From Actinomycetes bacterium (lineage in GTDB: Bacteria > Actinomycetota > Actinomycetes > Propionibacteriales > Propionibacteriaceae): 64,000 nt of DNA. The DNA lies in assembly GCA_023458095.1 (NCBI GenBank), contig JAEXAS010000004.1, forward strand, positions 55,639 to 119,638, written 5' to 3'. Below are positions 11,445 through 21,173 of the stretch, one piece after another. The translations under genes and the position numbers were made by a program. The stretch's first letter is position 1; each line of letters opens with the position of its first letter. A model generated the notes under the pieces. It was not told the origin of the DNA and did not search any database. It saw only the letters and a list, made by a program, of their open reading frames with translations.

Positions 11445-12197
11445 TCATCGCGACAGCGGTGAGTCCGCGCCAAGGGTGAACCCGTAGGGCAGTTCCAGCC
11501 GGTATCGCTTGAGCAGATCGGAGTCAGCCAGGAGTTCACCGGTCGGTCCGTCAGCGACGATGACCCCGTCGGCCATGATCACCGATCGTGGGCACAGTTG
11601 CAGTGCGTAGGGCAGGTCGTGGGTGACCATCAGCATGGTGGTGTCCAATGCGGTGAGCACCTCGAAGAGCTCGCGGCGCGCAGCCGGATCGAGGTTCGAT
11701 GTCGGCTCGTCCAGCACCAGGATTTCCGGACGCATCGCCAAGACCGTGGCCAGCGCCACCCGACGTCGCTGGCCGAAAGAGAGATGGTGTGGCACGCGGT
11801 CGGCAACCTCAGGCAGTCCCACCGCGGCCAGAGCTTCGTCCACCCGCTGGCGGAGTTCAGCCCCCTTCAGCCCCAGATTCGCCGGCCCGAAGGCGACGTC
11901 CTGAGCGACGGTGGGGAGAAAGAGCTGGTCATCGGGATCCTGAAAGACGATTCCCACCCGACGCCGGATCTCGGCGAAGTTCGGCCTGGTCACCGGCAGG
12001 CCAGAGACACTCACCGACCCCGCACCGGCGGTGAGGATTCCGTTGAGATGCAGTGCCAAGGTGGTCTTGCCCGCACCATTGGGCCCGAGCAGAGCGACCC
12101 GCTCACCTCGGTCAACTCGCAGGTTCACCCCGTAGAGGGCTTGGCGCCCATCGGGGTATGCGTAGGCCAGACCTCGGACGGCCAGCAATGCGGTCAT
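11445..12197 (-). CDS. cbiO: ECF Ni/Co transporter ATPase (NikO/CbiO)
   Basis: GPNGAGKTT, VFQDPDDQLF, LSFGQ, LDEPT. Confidence 0.9.
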   Translation of the reverse strand: MTALLAVRGLAYAYPDGRQALYGVNLRVDRGERVALLGPNGAGKTTLALHLNGILTAGAGSVSVSGLPVTRPNFAEIRRRVGIVFQDPDDQLFLPTVAQDVAFGPANLGLKGAELRQRVDEALAAVGLPEVADRVPHHLSFGQRRRVALATVLAMRPEILVLDEPTSNLDPAARRELFEVLTALDTTMLMVTHDLPYALQLCPRSVIMADGVIVADGPTGELLADSDLLKRYRLELPYGFTLGADSPLSR

Positions 12198-12973
12198 GCC
12201 GACAACCATGCCACGACGGTGACCGCCAAAGCTGCGCCGGGCACCAGGGCAGCGACCGCCCACTGCTGCGGACGGGCCGCCGGTGCCGTGTGCACCGCCT
12301 CAGGCAGGGCGCCGGCATAGCCGCGGGAGAGCATTGCCAGATGCACGCGCTCACCTTGCTCGTAGGCGCGAATGAAGCCGCTGCCCACCGCGGCGCTCAG
12401 GGCACGCCAGGCCCGCGGATCCCGGGCTCGAAAACCCCGTGACTCCCGAGCGATGGCCATCTGATGCCACTGCTGCCGGATCACCTCCAGGTAGCGAACC
12501 ATGAAGCCGAGAATCTCAGTCAGGGTTGCCGGCAGATGTAACCGCTGCAGCCCAGCCACAAGCTCATGGGGTCGGGTGGTGGTGGCCAAGATCAACGCGG
12601 CCAACACACTGATCGTGCTCTTGGCCACCAGCGTCGCGGCTCCCCACAGTCCGGCAATCGACAACGGCACCCCGGCAACAGTGACGGTGGGGCCGGTGGC
12701 CAGGAAAGGCATGGCAAGGGCGAAGCCGAGGAAAGGCAGCTCGATGGCAAGGCCGCGAACCAGCCGCGACACGGGCAGGTCCGCGGCCAGTATCAGCACC
12801 ACGAGCAATACCACCTGCCACAGATAGGGCCACAGCAGAGAAGGCGGGGTAGCGACCACACAACAGACGAACCCCAGCAGCGCCAGAACCTTTACCTGCG
12901 CGGGGAGGCGGTGCAACCACCGTCCCCGCGCAGGACTCAGGCCTTCTTGGTCTTCGATCGCCCCAACAGCCAC
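12194..12973 (-). CDS. cbiQ: ECF Ni/Co transporter T component (NikQ/CbiQ)
   Basis: Two conserved xRG motifs (ARESRGF, MLSRGY); multiple TM helices. Confidence 0.88.
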   Translation of the reverse strand: MAVGAIEDQEGLSPARGRWLHRLPAQVKVLALLGFVCCVVATPPSLLWPYLWQVVLLVVLILAADLPVSRLVRGLAIELPFLGFALAMPFLATGPTVTVAGVPLSIAGLWGAATLVAKSTISVLAALILATTTRPHELVAGLQRLHLPATLTEILGFMVRYLEVIRQQWHQMAIARESRGFRARDPRAWRALSAAVGSGFIRAYEQGERVHLAMLSRGYAGALPEAVHTAPAARPQQWAVAALVPGAALAVTVVAWLSA

Positions 12974-13296
12974 ATCAATCCCATGCCAACAGCGAGGACC
13001 ACCACGGTGCCGAACACGCCGGCCAGGCCCCCGGAGAGCCGGGCGTCAGCCACACCGGTCACCTGGTAGTCCACGAAGGGGGAATATAGGGATGCCGCAT
13101 GCTCGGTGGCCGCATCGATGAATCCCTTCTGCTCGGCAACCCACTCCAGCCCGTCAGGGGAACTAGAGGCGTAGAAACTCACCACGCCAGCAAGCAGCAG
13201 GGTGACCACCAGGCCGATCGCCCACGCGTAGCCGCGGCGCCACCGCGAGACCGGTTGGGCAGCGGACTGGTCAGGAGTCGATTCGGCCGCGCTCAT
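12937..13296 (-). CDS. PDGLE-domain (NikN-like) ECF accessory protein
   Basis: ASSSPDGLEWVA between two TM helices; ATGA-coupled to cbiM. Confidence 0.85.
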   Translation of the reverse strand: MSAAESTPDQSAAQPVSRWRRGYAWAIGLVVTLLLAGVVSFYASSSPDGLEWVAEQKGFIDAATEHAASLYSPFVDYQVTGVADARLSGGLAGVFGTVVVLAVGMGLMWLLGRSKTKKA

Positions 13297-13982
13297 GCCG
13301 GCACCCCTTCCTTGATCGTCAGTTCGATGGGTTTGGCGATGCCTCGGGCCCCGTAGACCAGATCTGGCCGCACCGCCAGCACGGCGGCCAGGGTCGCCGC
13401 TGTGATGAAAGCCTCTCCAATGCCGATCAGGAGATGGACGCTGCCCATGGCCACCGCCACCGTGCCGGCCGGAATCGGAACCGTGCCACCGATGGCGAAC
13501 AGGGCAGCGAAAGTCAGTGCCGCGGCGGGTACCGAGACGAAGCCACCCAGGGCTCCAGCCAGGGGCACGCTGGCGAGCTTCTTGGGCAGCACCGTCATCA
13601 CCAACCGGAACACACCCCAACCGACCCAGACCCCGACCAGCGCCATCAAAGTGATATTGGTCCCCAGTGCGGTGATGCCGCCATCAGCGAACAAGAACGC
13701 CTGGGTTATCAGCACCACCGTGATGCACAGCGTCGCCGTCCAGGGTCCGACCAGGATCGCCGCCAAGGCCCCGCCCAGGAGGTGCCCCGAGGTGCCTGCG
13801 GCCACGGGGAAGTTCAGCATCTGTGCGGCAAAAATGAAGGCGGCGACCAAGCCTGCCAGGGGCGCGGTGCGCTCATTGAGCTCTCGCCGTGCCCCCCGTA
13901 CCGCCAGCCCAACTCCGGCCGCTGCAACCACCGCCGTGGCTGCCGAGGTCGGCAGATTCAAGAATCCATCTGGAACGTGCAT
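13293..13982 (-). CDS. cbiM: ECF S component NikM/CbiM (nickel-type N-terminus)
   Basis: Starts MHVPDG; GTSGHLLGG; ADGGITALG. Confidence 0.9.
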   Translation of the reverse strand: MHVPDGFLNLPTSAATAVVAAAGVGLAVRGARRELNERTAPLAGLVAAFIFAAQMLNFPVAAGTSGHLLGGALAAILVGPWTATLCITVVLITQAFLFADGGITALGTNITLMALVGVWVGWGVFRLVMTVLPKKLASVPLAGALGGFVSVPAAALTFAALFAIGGTVPIPAGTVAVAMGSVHLLIGIGEAFITAATLAAVLAVRPDLVYGARGIAKPIELTIKEGVPA

Positions 13983-14026
13983 TTCCCTCTCCCTCGCAGG
14001 GGCCGCTCGAACAGCCCAGAGGGACT

Positions 14027-14557
14027 CTAATGCAACTTGGTTGCAATAGGCGAGTGGGTGTGGTGATGGTGGACGATGCCTGCCTCGCCCACGGCACACT
14101 GAGCACACAATCCGGACAACGCAACGTGGGTCGCATCAAGTTCGAAGCCGTGCAGCGCGCCCATGCGTTCGGCCACCCCCACCAACAGATCCGGCGGCAG
14201 ATCGATGATGGCGCCGCACTGTCGGCACTGGGCATGCAGATGGGGACCCAGATCGCCGGTGAGGTGATACGCGGTGGCGCCGTGCCCCAGATGCACATGC
14301 TGGACTACCCCCAACTCACTGAGTGCCGCCAGCGCCCGATACACACTCGTGCGGTGAACTTTCGGTGCAATCTGGGCGACCGCCGCGGCAACCTCGTCGG
14401 TACTGAGATGGCCCGCGGTGGTCGCAAGTGCGGTCAGAACGGCCCGCCGGGGGGCGCTCATGCGCTCACCCTTGGCCCGCAGTTGGGCCGCCACGGAGTC
14501 CAGCAGCAACTGAGCGTCGGCTGGCGAACGGGTCTGTGAAAGGGCGTCGGAGGTCAC
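14027..14557 (-). CDS. nur: Fur-family regulator, Nur (nickel uptake regulator)-like
   Basis: VQHVHLGHGATAYH, HLHAQCRQC, THVALSGLCAQC, His-rich tail; directly upstream of the ECF genes. Confidence 0.8.
   Translation of the reverse strand: MTSDALSQTRSPADAQLLLDSVAAQLRAKGERMSAPRRAVLTALATTAGHLSTDEVAAAVAQIAPKVHRTSVYRALAALSELGVVQHVHLGHGATAYHLTGDLGPHLHAQCRQCGAIIDLPPDLLVGVAERMGALHGFELDATHVALSGLCAQCAVGEAGIVHHHHTHSPIATKLH
14030..14046. promoter_or_regulatory. Putative Nur box
   Basis: ATGCAA-cttgg-TTGCAA inverted repeat 48-64 bp upstream of the cbiM start. Confidence 0.7.
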
Positions 14558-14776
14558 GGCAGACAGCCTAATCCGCCACCTCCAAGACCGCTGGAACCAT
14601 GCCTTCTTGTCCTCTCAATGAGCATGTCCATTCAATACTGAATTTAGTTCCCCCCCTAGCCGCTCAGGCAAAAAGAATGGCTGGTACACCCCTCCCCGTA
14701 CGCATCCTGGACATGTAAGGTGACAGCACCATCGAGCCGGGCGCCGCCGCGTCCGCCTAACAGATAGGGAGCATGG

Positions 14777-16060
14777 ATGGCCAACGCAACTTTCAGCCGC
14801 GATGAGGTGAGCCTCGAACTCCCTCGGGTAGCCGCAACTCAGGGGAACAACGGCTACGACATCGGCAAACTGTTGTCTGCCACCGGTGATACCACGCTGG
14901 ATATCGGCTTCGCGAACACCGCGTCCTGCCGTTCGGCGATCACTTTCATTGACGGCGATGCCGGGATTCTGCGCTATCGCGGATACCCGATCGAGCAGCT
15001 CGCCGAGCAGGCAACCTTCCTCGAGGTCTCGTACCTCGTTCTCTACGGTGAGCTTCCCAACGCGGCACAGCTTGAGAAGTTCTCCAGCAACATCGCGCGC
15101 TTCCACCTTCTGGATGAGCGCCTCAAGCACATGTTCAGCTCCATGCCGCGCAAGTCGCACCCGATGCCACTGCTGGCGGCCGGCCTGAATGCTCTGTCGA
15201 CCTTCGCCCAGTCGAAGTACGCCGAGCAGGGTTTCGAGGCAGAGCGGGCCACCCACATGCTGATGGGTGCCGTGCCCACCCTGGCCGCGTACGGCTACAA
15301 GAACTCCGTGGGCGAACCGTTCCTCTATCCGGACATGTCACATTCCTACATCGAGAACTTCCTGCGGATGTCCTTCGGCCTGCCGACCGAGCCGTACCCC
15401 TTCGACGACGCCACCACGCGCGCCCTCGATGTACTGCTGATCCTGCACGCCGATCACGAGCAGAACTGCTCCACCTCGACGGTGCGCATGGTGGGCTCCT
15501 CAGGCGCGAATATCTACGTCTCGGTAGCCGCAGGCGTGAACGCGCTGTCCGGCCCGCTGCACGGCGGCGCCAACCAGGCGGTGCTGGAGATGCTCAAGGC
15601 GATCCGCGCTTCCGGCGAGGACGTCAAGGACTACATCGCCAAGGTGAAGGACAACAAGGCCTCCACCAAGCTGATGGGCTTCGGTCACCGGATCTACAAG
15701 AACTACGATCCGCGCGCTGCCATCGTCAAGAAGCACGCCGACCAGATCCTGAGCACGCTGGTCGGCCACGACCCGCTACTGGATCTGGCCGTCGCACTGG
15801 AGGACGCAGCGCTCAGCGATCCGTACTTCCAGGAGCGCAAGCTCTACCCGAATGTGGACTTCTACACCGGATTGATCTACCAGGCCATGGGCTTCCCGCA
15901 GAACATGTTCACCGTGCTGTTCGCCCTGGGTCGTCTTCCCGGCTGGATCGCTCACTACCTGGAGCAGACCACCGATCCGACGATGAAGATCAACCGGCCC
16001 CGCCAGGTGTACGTGGGCGAGGTCGAGCGCAACTACGTCCCGTTGGACCAGCGCGCCTGA
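14777..16060 (+). CDS. gltA: Citrate synthase
   Basis: LHADHEQNCST, GPLHGGAN, MGFGHRIYK, YPNVDFY. Confidence 0.97.
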   Translation: MANATFSRDEVSLELPRVAATQGNNGYDIGKLLSATGDTTLDIGFANTASCRSAITFIDGDAGILRYRGYPIEQLAEQATFLEVSYLVLYGELPNAAQLEKFSSNIARFHLLDERLKHMFSSMPRKSHPMPLLAAGLNALSTFAQSKYAEQGFEAERATHMLMGAVPTLAAYGYKNSVGEPFLYPDMSHSYIENFLRMSFGLPTEPYPFDDATTRALDVLLILHADHEQNCSTSTVRMVGSSGANIYVSVAAGVNALSGPLHGGANQAVLEMLKAIRASGEDVKDYIAKVKDNKASTKLMGFGHRIYKNYDPRAAIVKKHADQILSTLVGHDPLLDLAVALEDAALSDPYFQERKLYPNVDFYTGLIYQAMGFPQNMFTVLFALGRLPGWIAHYLEQTTDPTMKINRPRQVYVGEVERNYVPLDQRA

Positions 16061-16072
16061 TCACACGAGCCG

Positions 16073-16110
16073 AGCGGCCCGATCATCCCACGATGATCGG
16101 GCCGCTTTGT
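16073..16110 (+). terminator. Rho-independent terminator after gltA
   Basis: 15-bp stem AGCGGCCCGATCATC / GATGATCGGGCCGCT followed by TTGT. Confidence 0.8.
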
Positions 16111-16275
16111 TGCTCCCTGCGGTTTCAAGCTTCGCATCGGCAAGGCTCTACATATCGGGTACCCAACTCACTATGGTTGCCACAAAGAGCCTCGCGGGAC
16201 GCAAACAGCAGGACCCATCGATGCAGATAACACCCAGCGCCGCCCCGCGACACCCCCACCACCAGGAGGTTCACC

Positions 16276-16932
16276 ATGCGACGCATCCTTATCGCCGGCA
16301 TCATCGCAGCCGGCCTTGTGGCGGAATCCCTCGCCACCCCGGCGCAGGCCCAAGAGCCCGCCCCCGCACCGGCTCTGATCACCCCTCAGGCAACCACCTT
16401 GGTCAAGACCAAGCGGGTGGATGTCGACGGCGATGGACGCAAGGACACGGTCCGGCTCTACCGCGTCACCGCTTCAACGTGGCGCGTCACGGTCACCACG
16501 GCCAAAGGGAAGCGGGCCCGCAAGACCTTCACCTCCACCATCGCCTCGGATTGGGGACTGTCCTCGCCGTGGACCAACCCGATCCGAATGGATGGGCGCG
16601 CCGGAGTTGAGCTGCCCTTCATGGTCGCTGGCGGCGACGGGGTCGTCTTCCGGGTGCTTACCTGGCGCAAAGGCCGTTTGGTCAACGAACCCAAGCCGGG
16701 CGGGCAGAACTGGTATGTGGGCGGACCCCTTCCCGAATATCAGTCCTATCGCTTCTACACCGCCAAGAAGGTGCGCTACGCCGAGGTCGCCTGGCTCACG
16801 CCGAGCGGAAACGGAACCACCTGCAGCGCCGATGTGAACCGCTACGCGTGGACGTCAACGAAGTGGACCTTCCGAAAGCACTACACCGTGGCAGCCACCA
16901 CAGGGTTGTGTAAGCGCTACCCGGGACTGTGA
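16276..16932 (+). CDS. Secreted hypothetical protein with FG-GAP/VCBS-like motif
   Basis: Sec signal ending AQA, DVDGDGRKD, basic beta-rich body; SD AGGAGG. Confidence 0.75.
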   Translation: MRRILIAGIIAAGLVAESLATPAQAQEPAPAPALITPQATTLVKTKRVDVDGDGRKDTVRLYRVTASTWRVTVTTAKGKRARKTFTSTIASDWGLSSPWTNPIRMDGRAGVELPFMVAGGDGVVFRVLTWRKGRLVNEPKPGGQNWYVGGPLPEYQSYRFYTAKKVRYAEVAWLTPSGNGTTCSADVNRYAWTSTKWTFRKHYTVAATTGLCKRYPGL

Positions 16933-16949
16933 TTGCAGCGCCGTTGCAG

Positions 16950-18644
16950 CTACTTCTGGAGTGGCTGCAACGGCACCAGCGTCGGTCGGGAGACCTCAGC
17001 AAAGAAATCATTGCCCTTGTCATCAACCACGATGAAGGCGGGGAAGTCTTCAACCTCGATCTTCCAGATCGCTTCCATGCCCAGTTCGGGGTACTCCAGG
17101 AGTTCGACCTTCTTAATGCAATGCTGCGCAAGCACAGCGGCCGGCCCGCCGATCGACCCTAGGTAGAAACCGCCGTGCTGGGCACAGGCATCGGTGACCT
17201 GCTGGCTGCGGTTGCCCTTGGCCAGCATGATCATTGACCCGCCGGCAGCCTGGAACTGATCGACATAGGAATCCATGCGACCGGCGGTTGTCGGCCCAAA
17301 GGAGCCGGAGGCGTAGCCCTCGGGAGTCTTGGCCGGACCGGCGTAGTAGATCGGATGGTCTTTGAGATACTGCGGCATCTCCTCACCGGCGTCCAGGCGT
17401 TCCTTGATCTTGGCGTGAGCGATGTCGCGTCCCACGATGACCGTGCCGGTCAGAGCGAGCCTGGTCTTGACCGGGTACTGGCTCAGTTCGGCCAAGATCT
17501 CAGCCATCGGCCGACCCAGGTCGATCTTGACCGCGCCACCACCCTCGGCGGCCATCTCCGCCTTGTGCTGAGCCAACTGCTCATCGGTCATCTCGGGCAT
17601 GTATTGGGCCGGATCGAACTCCAGTTGCTCAATGAACACCCCTTCCGGAGTGATCTTGCCCAGGCATTGCCGATCCGCCGAACACGACACCGCGATCGCC
17701 ACCGGTAGCGACGCCCCGTGACGGGGCAGCCGGATGACGCGGACGTCATGGCAGAAGTACTTGCCACCGAACTGCGCACCGATGCCGAAGTTGCGAGTGA
17801 GTTCCAGCACCTGCTGCTCCAACTCGACATCACGGAAACCGTGAGCACTCATCGACCCCGAGGTCGGCAGCGAGTCCAAGTACTTCGCCGAAGCGTATTT
17901 CGCCGTCTTCAAGGCGTACTCCGCGGAGGTGCCACCGATCACGATCGCCAGGTGATACGGCGGGCAGGCCGCCGTGCCCAAGCTGCGGATCTTGGCGTCC
18001 AGGAAGGCCATCATCGAATCGGGGTTCAACAGGGCCTTGGTCTCTTGGTAGAGATAGCTCTTGTTCGCCGAGCCACCGCCCTTGGCCATGAAGAGGAACT
18101 TGTAGGTGTTCTCGTGTCCGGCGGCGGTGTCGGCGTACAACTCGATCTGGGCGGGCAGGTTGTTGCCGGTGTTCTTCTCCTCCCACATGGTGAGGGGAGC
18201 ATTCATGGAGTAGCGCAGATTCAGCTTGGTGTAGGCGTCGAAGACGCCCTTGCTCAACGGACGCTCATCGGTGCCCTCGGTGAGCACCTGCTGACCGCGC
18301 TTGCCCATGATGATGGCGGTTCCGGTGTCCTGACACATCGGCAGGACCCCGCCGGCAGCAATGTTGGCGTTTTTGAGCAGATCCATGGCTACGAACTTGT
18401 CGTTGTCGCTGGCCTCGGGATCTTCCATGATCGTGCGCAACTGGCGCAGGTGCGCCGGGCGCAGGTAGTGGGCGATGTCGTGCATCGCGGTCTCGGCCAA
18501 CAATTCGAGCGCTTCCGGGGCCACTTTCAAGAAGCTGCGGCCGTCCGGCCCGGTGAGCGTCTCCACCCCTTCTGTGGTCAACAGCCGATACTCGGTGGCA
18601 TCTTCGCCGATGGGCAGCAGGTCCTCGTAGCGGAATTCGCTCAT
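16950..18644 (-). CDS. fumA: Class I (Fe-S) fumarate hydratase
   Basis: [31 protein letters not shown]. Confidence 0.95.
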   Translation of the reverse strand: MSEFRYEDLLPIGEDATEYRLLTTEGVETLTGPDGRSFLKVAPEALELLAETAMHDIAHYLRPAHLRQLRTIMEDPEASDNDKFVAMDLLKNANIAAGGVLPMCQDTGTAIIMGKRGQQVLTEGTDERPLSKGVFDAYTKLNLRYSMNAPLTMWEEKNTGNNLPAQIELYADTAAGHENTYKFLFMAKGGGSANKSYLYQETKALLNPDSMMAFLDAKIRSLGTAACPPYHLAIVIGGTSAEYALKTAKYASAKYLDSLPTSGSMSAHGFRDVELEQQVLELTRNFGIGAQFGGKYFCHDVRVIRLPRHGASLPVAIAVSCSADRQCLGKITPEGVFIEQLEFDPAQYMPEMTDEQLAQHKAEMAAEGGGAVKIDLGRPMAEILAELSQYPVKTRLALTGTVIVGRDIAHAKIKERLDAGEEMPQYLKDHPIYYAGPAKTPEGYASGSFGPTTAGRMDSYVDQFQAAGGSMIMLAKGNRSQQVTDACAQHGGFYLGSIGGPAAVLAQHCIKKVELLEYPELGMEAIWKIEVEDFPAFIVVDDKGNDFFAEVSRPTLVPLQPLQK

Positions 18645-18738
18645 GTCTCTCCTTCTGGCAATCTCGCCCATCTTGGCACACCAGGCGCCGAGGTGGGCAG
18701 GGATTTCGGGCGTCCGGAACAACGCCGAGACAGCAAAC

Positions 18739-19089
18739 TCAGGAGGCCGGTCCGCGGGTGGCCAAAACCAAGAGCGGGGCTGCCACCGAAACAATAAGTC
18801 CAGCGACGACATAGGGCAGCATCACATCAGCGCAACCCAGGGGAAGAGCAGCAGCCTCGCCGCTCCACTGGGAGACCAGCAGGATCGGCGCCCCGCATTG
18901 CATGGTCTTGGTGATTTCGACTGGGGTGACCAGCAGCCACAGTCCAGCGAAGCTGGCCACCATCGCCAGCCCACTTCCGGCTCGCCGGAATGGTCCGGGT
19001 CGTTTGCGGACCTCATCGGTGAGGCCTATCGCCATACCGACGAGCGCACAGCCCGCAGCAAGCACAAGCGCGATCAGTACCCCGATCAT
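18739..19089 (-). CDS. Hypothetical membrane protein
   Basis: Three hydrophobic segments and a Cys pair; fills the gap between fumarase and acpS. Confidence 0.5.
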   Translation of the reverse strand: MIGVLIALVLAAGCALVGMAIGLTDEVRKRPGPFRRAGSGLAMVASFAGLWLLVTPVEITKTMQCGAPILLVSQWSGEAAALPLGCADVMLPYVVAGLIVSVAAPLLVLATRGPAS

Positions 19090-19318
19090 TCGCGCCCTTT
19101 CCGGAGCTGATCCGCCCCCGTTCCATTCCCCCGACTGCCATCATGACCTGAGGTGCTCAGCATTGCCAAGGCAGTCTCGACCTCTCCACGAGGCTGCTCA
19201 CAAGTGCCAATGCGCCCAGTCTGTGCATGCCGTAGCATGTGGAGGGCAATCCGCGCCCCGAAAACGGCACTTCCGGGGACGGCAGTTCTATTACTGTGAC
19301 GGACCGATTGGAGGCAAG

Positions 19319-19735
19319 GTGGCGCCCCCGGATTCTCGGTTTGAGCAAGATTCCGCAGACGTACCGAGAATCGGTTGCGATCTCGCCGAAGCCGCCAGCA
19401 TTGTCGAATCGATTCAGGTATTCGGCGAACGCTATCTGGCTCGCGTCTATACCGACACTGAACGCCACCAAAGCCGGGAAGCTCCTGAACGCCTCGCCGC
19501 ACGCTTCGCCGGCAAGGAGGCGGTACTCAAAGTTCTCCGCTCCACGGCCGGAATCAGCTTCCGCGATGTGGAGATCATCGACGGCACGGACGGCGCCCCG
19601 CAGGTGAGGTTGCACCGCCAAGCCCGGAATGTGGCCCTGGCCCAGCGGCTGGGCCCAATCGGGTTGTCCTTGAGCCATGAAAGGGGCATGGCGCTCGCCA
19701 CGGCGATCAGCCTGCCCACACACCAACAGTCATAG
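19319..19735 (+). CDS. acpS: Holo-ACP synthase (4'-phosphopantetheinyl transferase, AcpS type)
   Basis: IGCDL, LAARFAGKEAVLK, LSLSHE; GTG start with SD GGAGG. Confidence 0.88.
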   Translation: MAPPDSRFEQDSADVPRIGCDLAEAASIVESIQVFGERYLARVYTDTERHQSREAPERLAARFAGKEAVLKVLRSTAGISFRDVEIIDGTDGAPQVRLHRQARNVALAQRLGPIGLSLSHERGMALATAISLPTHQQS

Positions 19736-19764
19736 TCGACACATCAACAAAAAGGGGGAAGAGG

Positions 19765-20028
19765 GTGTCTGATCACACCTATGAGGATCGTCTGGCCATT
19801 CGGGAGGCGCTCCAGCAATTCGGCAGACTCAATCGTCCGGTGGCGCAACTGAGCGACGATTCCGATCTCTTCGCTGCGGGGTTCACCTCACACGCGACAG
19901 TCAATGTGATGCTCGCTATTGAGGACGCCCTCGACATCGAGTTCCCCGACGATCTTCTCAATCGCTCGACCTTCGCCTCCATCGACGCGCTGGCCGGCGC
20001 GGTGCAACTCTCAAGGGGACAACAGTGA
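19765..20028 (+). CDS. Aminoacyl/acyl carrier protein
   Basis: Acidic 87-aa protein; DLFAAGFTSHATVNVMLAIEDALDIEFPD (Ppant Ser in TSH). Confidence 0.88.
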   Translation: MSDHTYEDRLAIREALQQFGRLNRPVAQLSDDSDLFAAGFTSHATVNVMLAIEDALDIEFPDDLLNRSTFASIDALAGAVQLSRGQQ

Positions 20029-21173
20029 ACGGACGCTTCGCGGCTCGCGCCGCCGCAGTGGCAGCAGTCGCTGCAAAGTACGCCGATGAGGTCGACTCCA
20101 ACGCCCGTCCGCCACTGGAGGCCGCCGGGGCCCTGAAGGAGCAGCGCCTGCTGTCGGTGTCGGTGCCCACCCAGTTCGGGGGCGAAGGCGCCAGCATGTT
20201 GGAGCTGAGCCAGATCGCCACCGAGATCGGTGCTGCCGACGCCAACGCGGGCATGGTGTTCGCCATGCATCACAGCCAGGCCCTCATTCTGTGGCGCCAT
20301 GGCAGCCGTCCCGGGGTTCGGGCCACGATCCAGAAGGTCCTCGAGCAGGAGTGGCTGCTGGGTTCGGCCACCACCGAACGCGGTATCGGCGGTGATGCGC
20401 GCCGCTCGAACTGCGCCCTGGAATACCCCTCGCCGGGCCGGGTCAAGGTGATCAAGGACGCCCCGGTCATCTCCTACGCCGAAGCCGCCGACGCCATCCT
20501 GGTGACCGGCCGTTCCAGTGCCGATGCGCCGGCCTCCGACCAGCGCATGCTCATCTGCCCCAAGGGCGAGTACAGCCTGGAGAAGACTGGCGTGTGGCAG
20601 GCATTGGGACTGCGCGGCACCGCCAGCGACAGCTTCATCCTGACCTCGGAGACCAGCGAGGACAACCTGCTCGACGACGACTACGGCACCATTTCGTCCC
20701 ACACCGCTCTGCCCACTGCACATCTGCTGTGGTCCTCGGTGTGGCTGGGAATCGCGTCTTCGGCCGCTGATCAGGCCCGTGCGGCTGTCCGCCGACAGGC
20801 CCGGGCTGCCGTCGGCTTCCCGCCGCCCGGACAGTTGCGGCTGGCGGAGCTGCTGGTCGACCTGCAGACCTTCGCCAACATGGTGCGCCATTCGGCTGAG
20901 CACTATGACCGCGTCGCCGACGATCCGGCCGTCCTGGGCTCGATCTCCTTCGCCTTGGAGATGAACTCGGTCAAGGTGAGCGCGGCCAATGCCGTGGTGG
21001 ACCTGGTGTTGAACGCGTTGCGGATCGTGGGCATCGCCGGCTACCGGACCGATACCCCCCAGTCGCTGTCCCGCCAGTTGCGTGACGCTCTGGGCGCGCC
21101 GATCCAGATCAACAACGACCGGCTGCTCACCAACAATGCACCGCTGTCGTTGATGGCCAAGGTCAACCTGTGA
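20025..21173 (+). CDS. Acyl-CoA dehydrogenase family protein (probably acting on a carrier-bound substrate)
   Basis: VPTQFGGEG, LGLRGTAS, C-terminal LRDALGAPIQINND; GTGA-coupled to both neighbours. Confidence 0.85.
   Translation: MNGRFAARAAAVAAVAAKYADEVDSNARPPLEAAGALKEQRLLSVSVPTQFGGEGASMLELSQIATEIGAADANAGMVFAMHHSQALILWRHGSRPGVRATIQKVLEQEWLLGSATTERGIGGDARRSNCALEYPSPGRVKVIKDAPVISYAEAADAILVTGRSSADAPASDQRMLICPKGEYSLEKTGVWQALGLRGTASDSFILTSETSEDNLLDDDYGTISSHTALPTAHLLWSSVWLGIASSAADQARAAVRRQARAAVGFPPPGQLRLAELLVDLQTFANMVRHSAEHYDRVADDPAVLGSISFALEMNSVKVSAANAVVDLVLNALRIVGIAGYRTDTPQSLSRQLRDALGAPIQINNDRLLTNNAPLSLMAKVNL

Noticed and set aside
13983..14026. Cobalamin riboswitch upstream of cbiM
   Set aside because: Only 44 bp available and no B12-box; a Nur-like box explains the regulation better
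18902..19318. N-terminal extensions given by the ORF track (acpS; also aat, fumarase, cbiM, tadG)
   Set aside because: Downstream starts match family N-termini and mostly have SD sequences or stop/start overlaps; the extensions are open-frame run-ons
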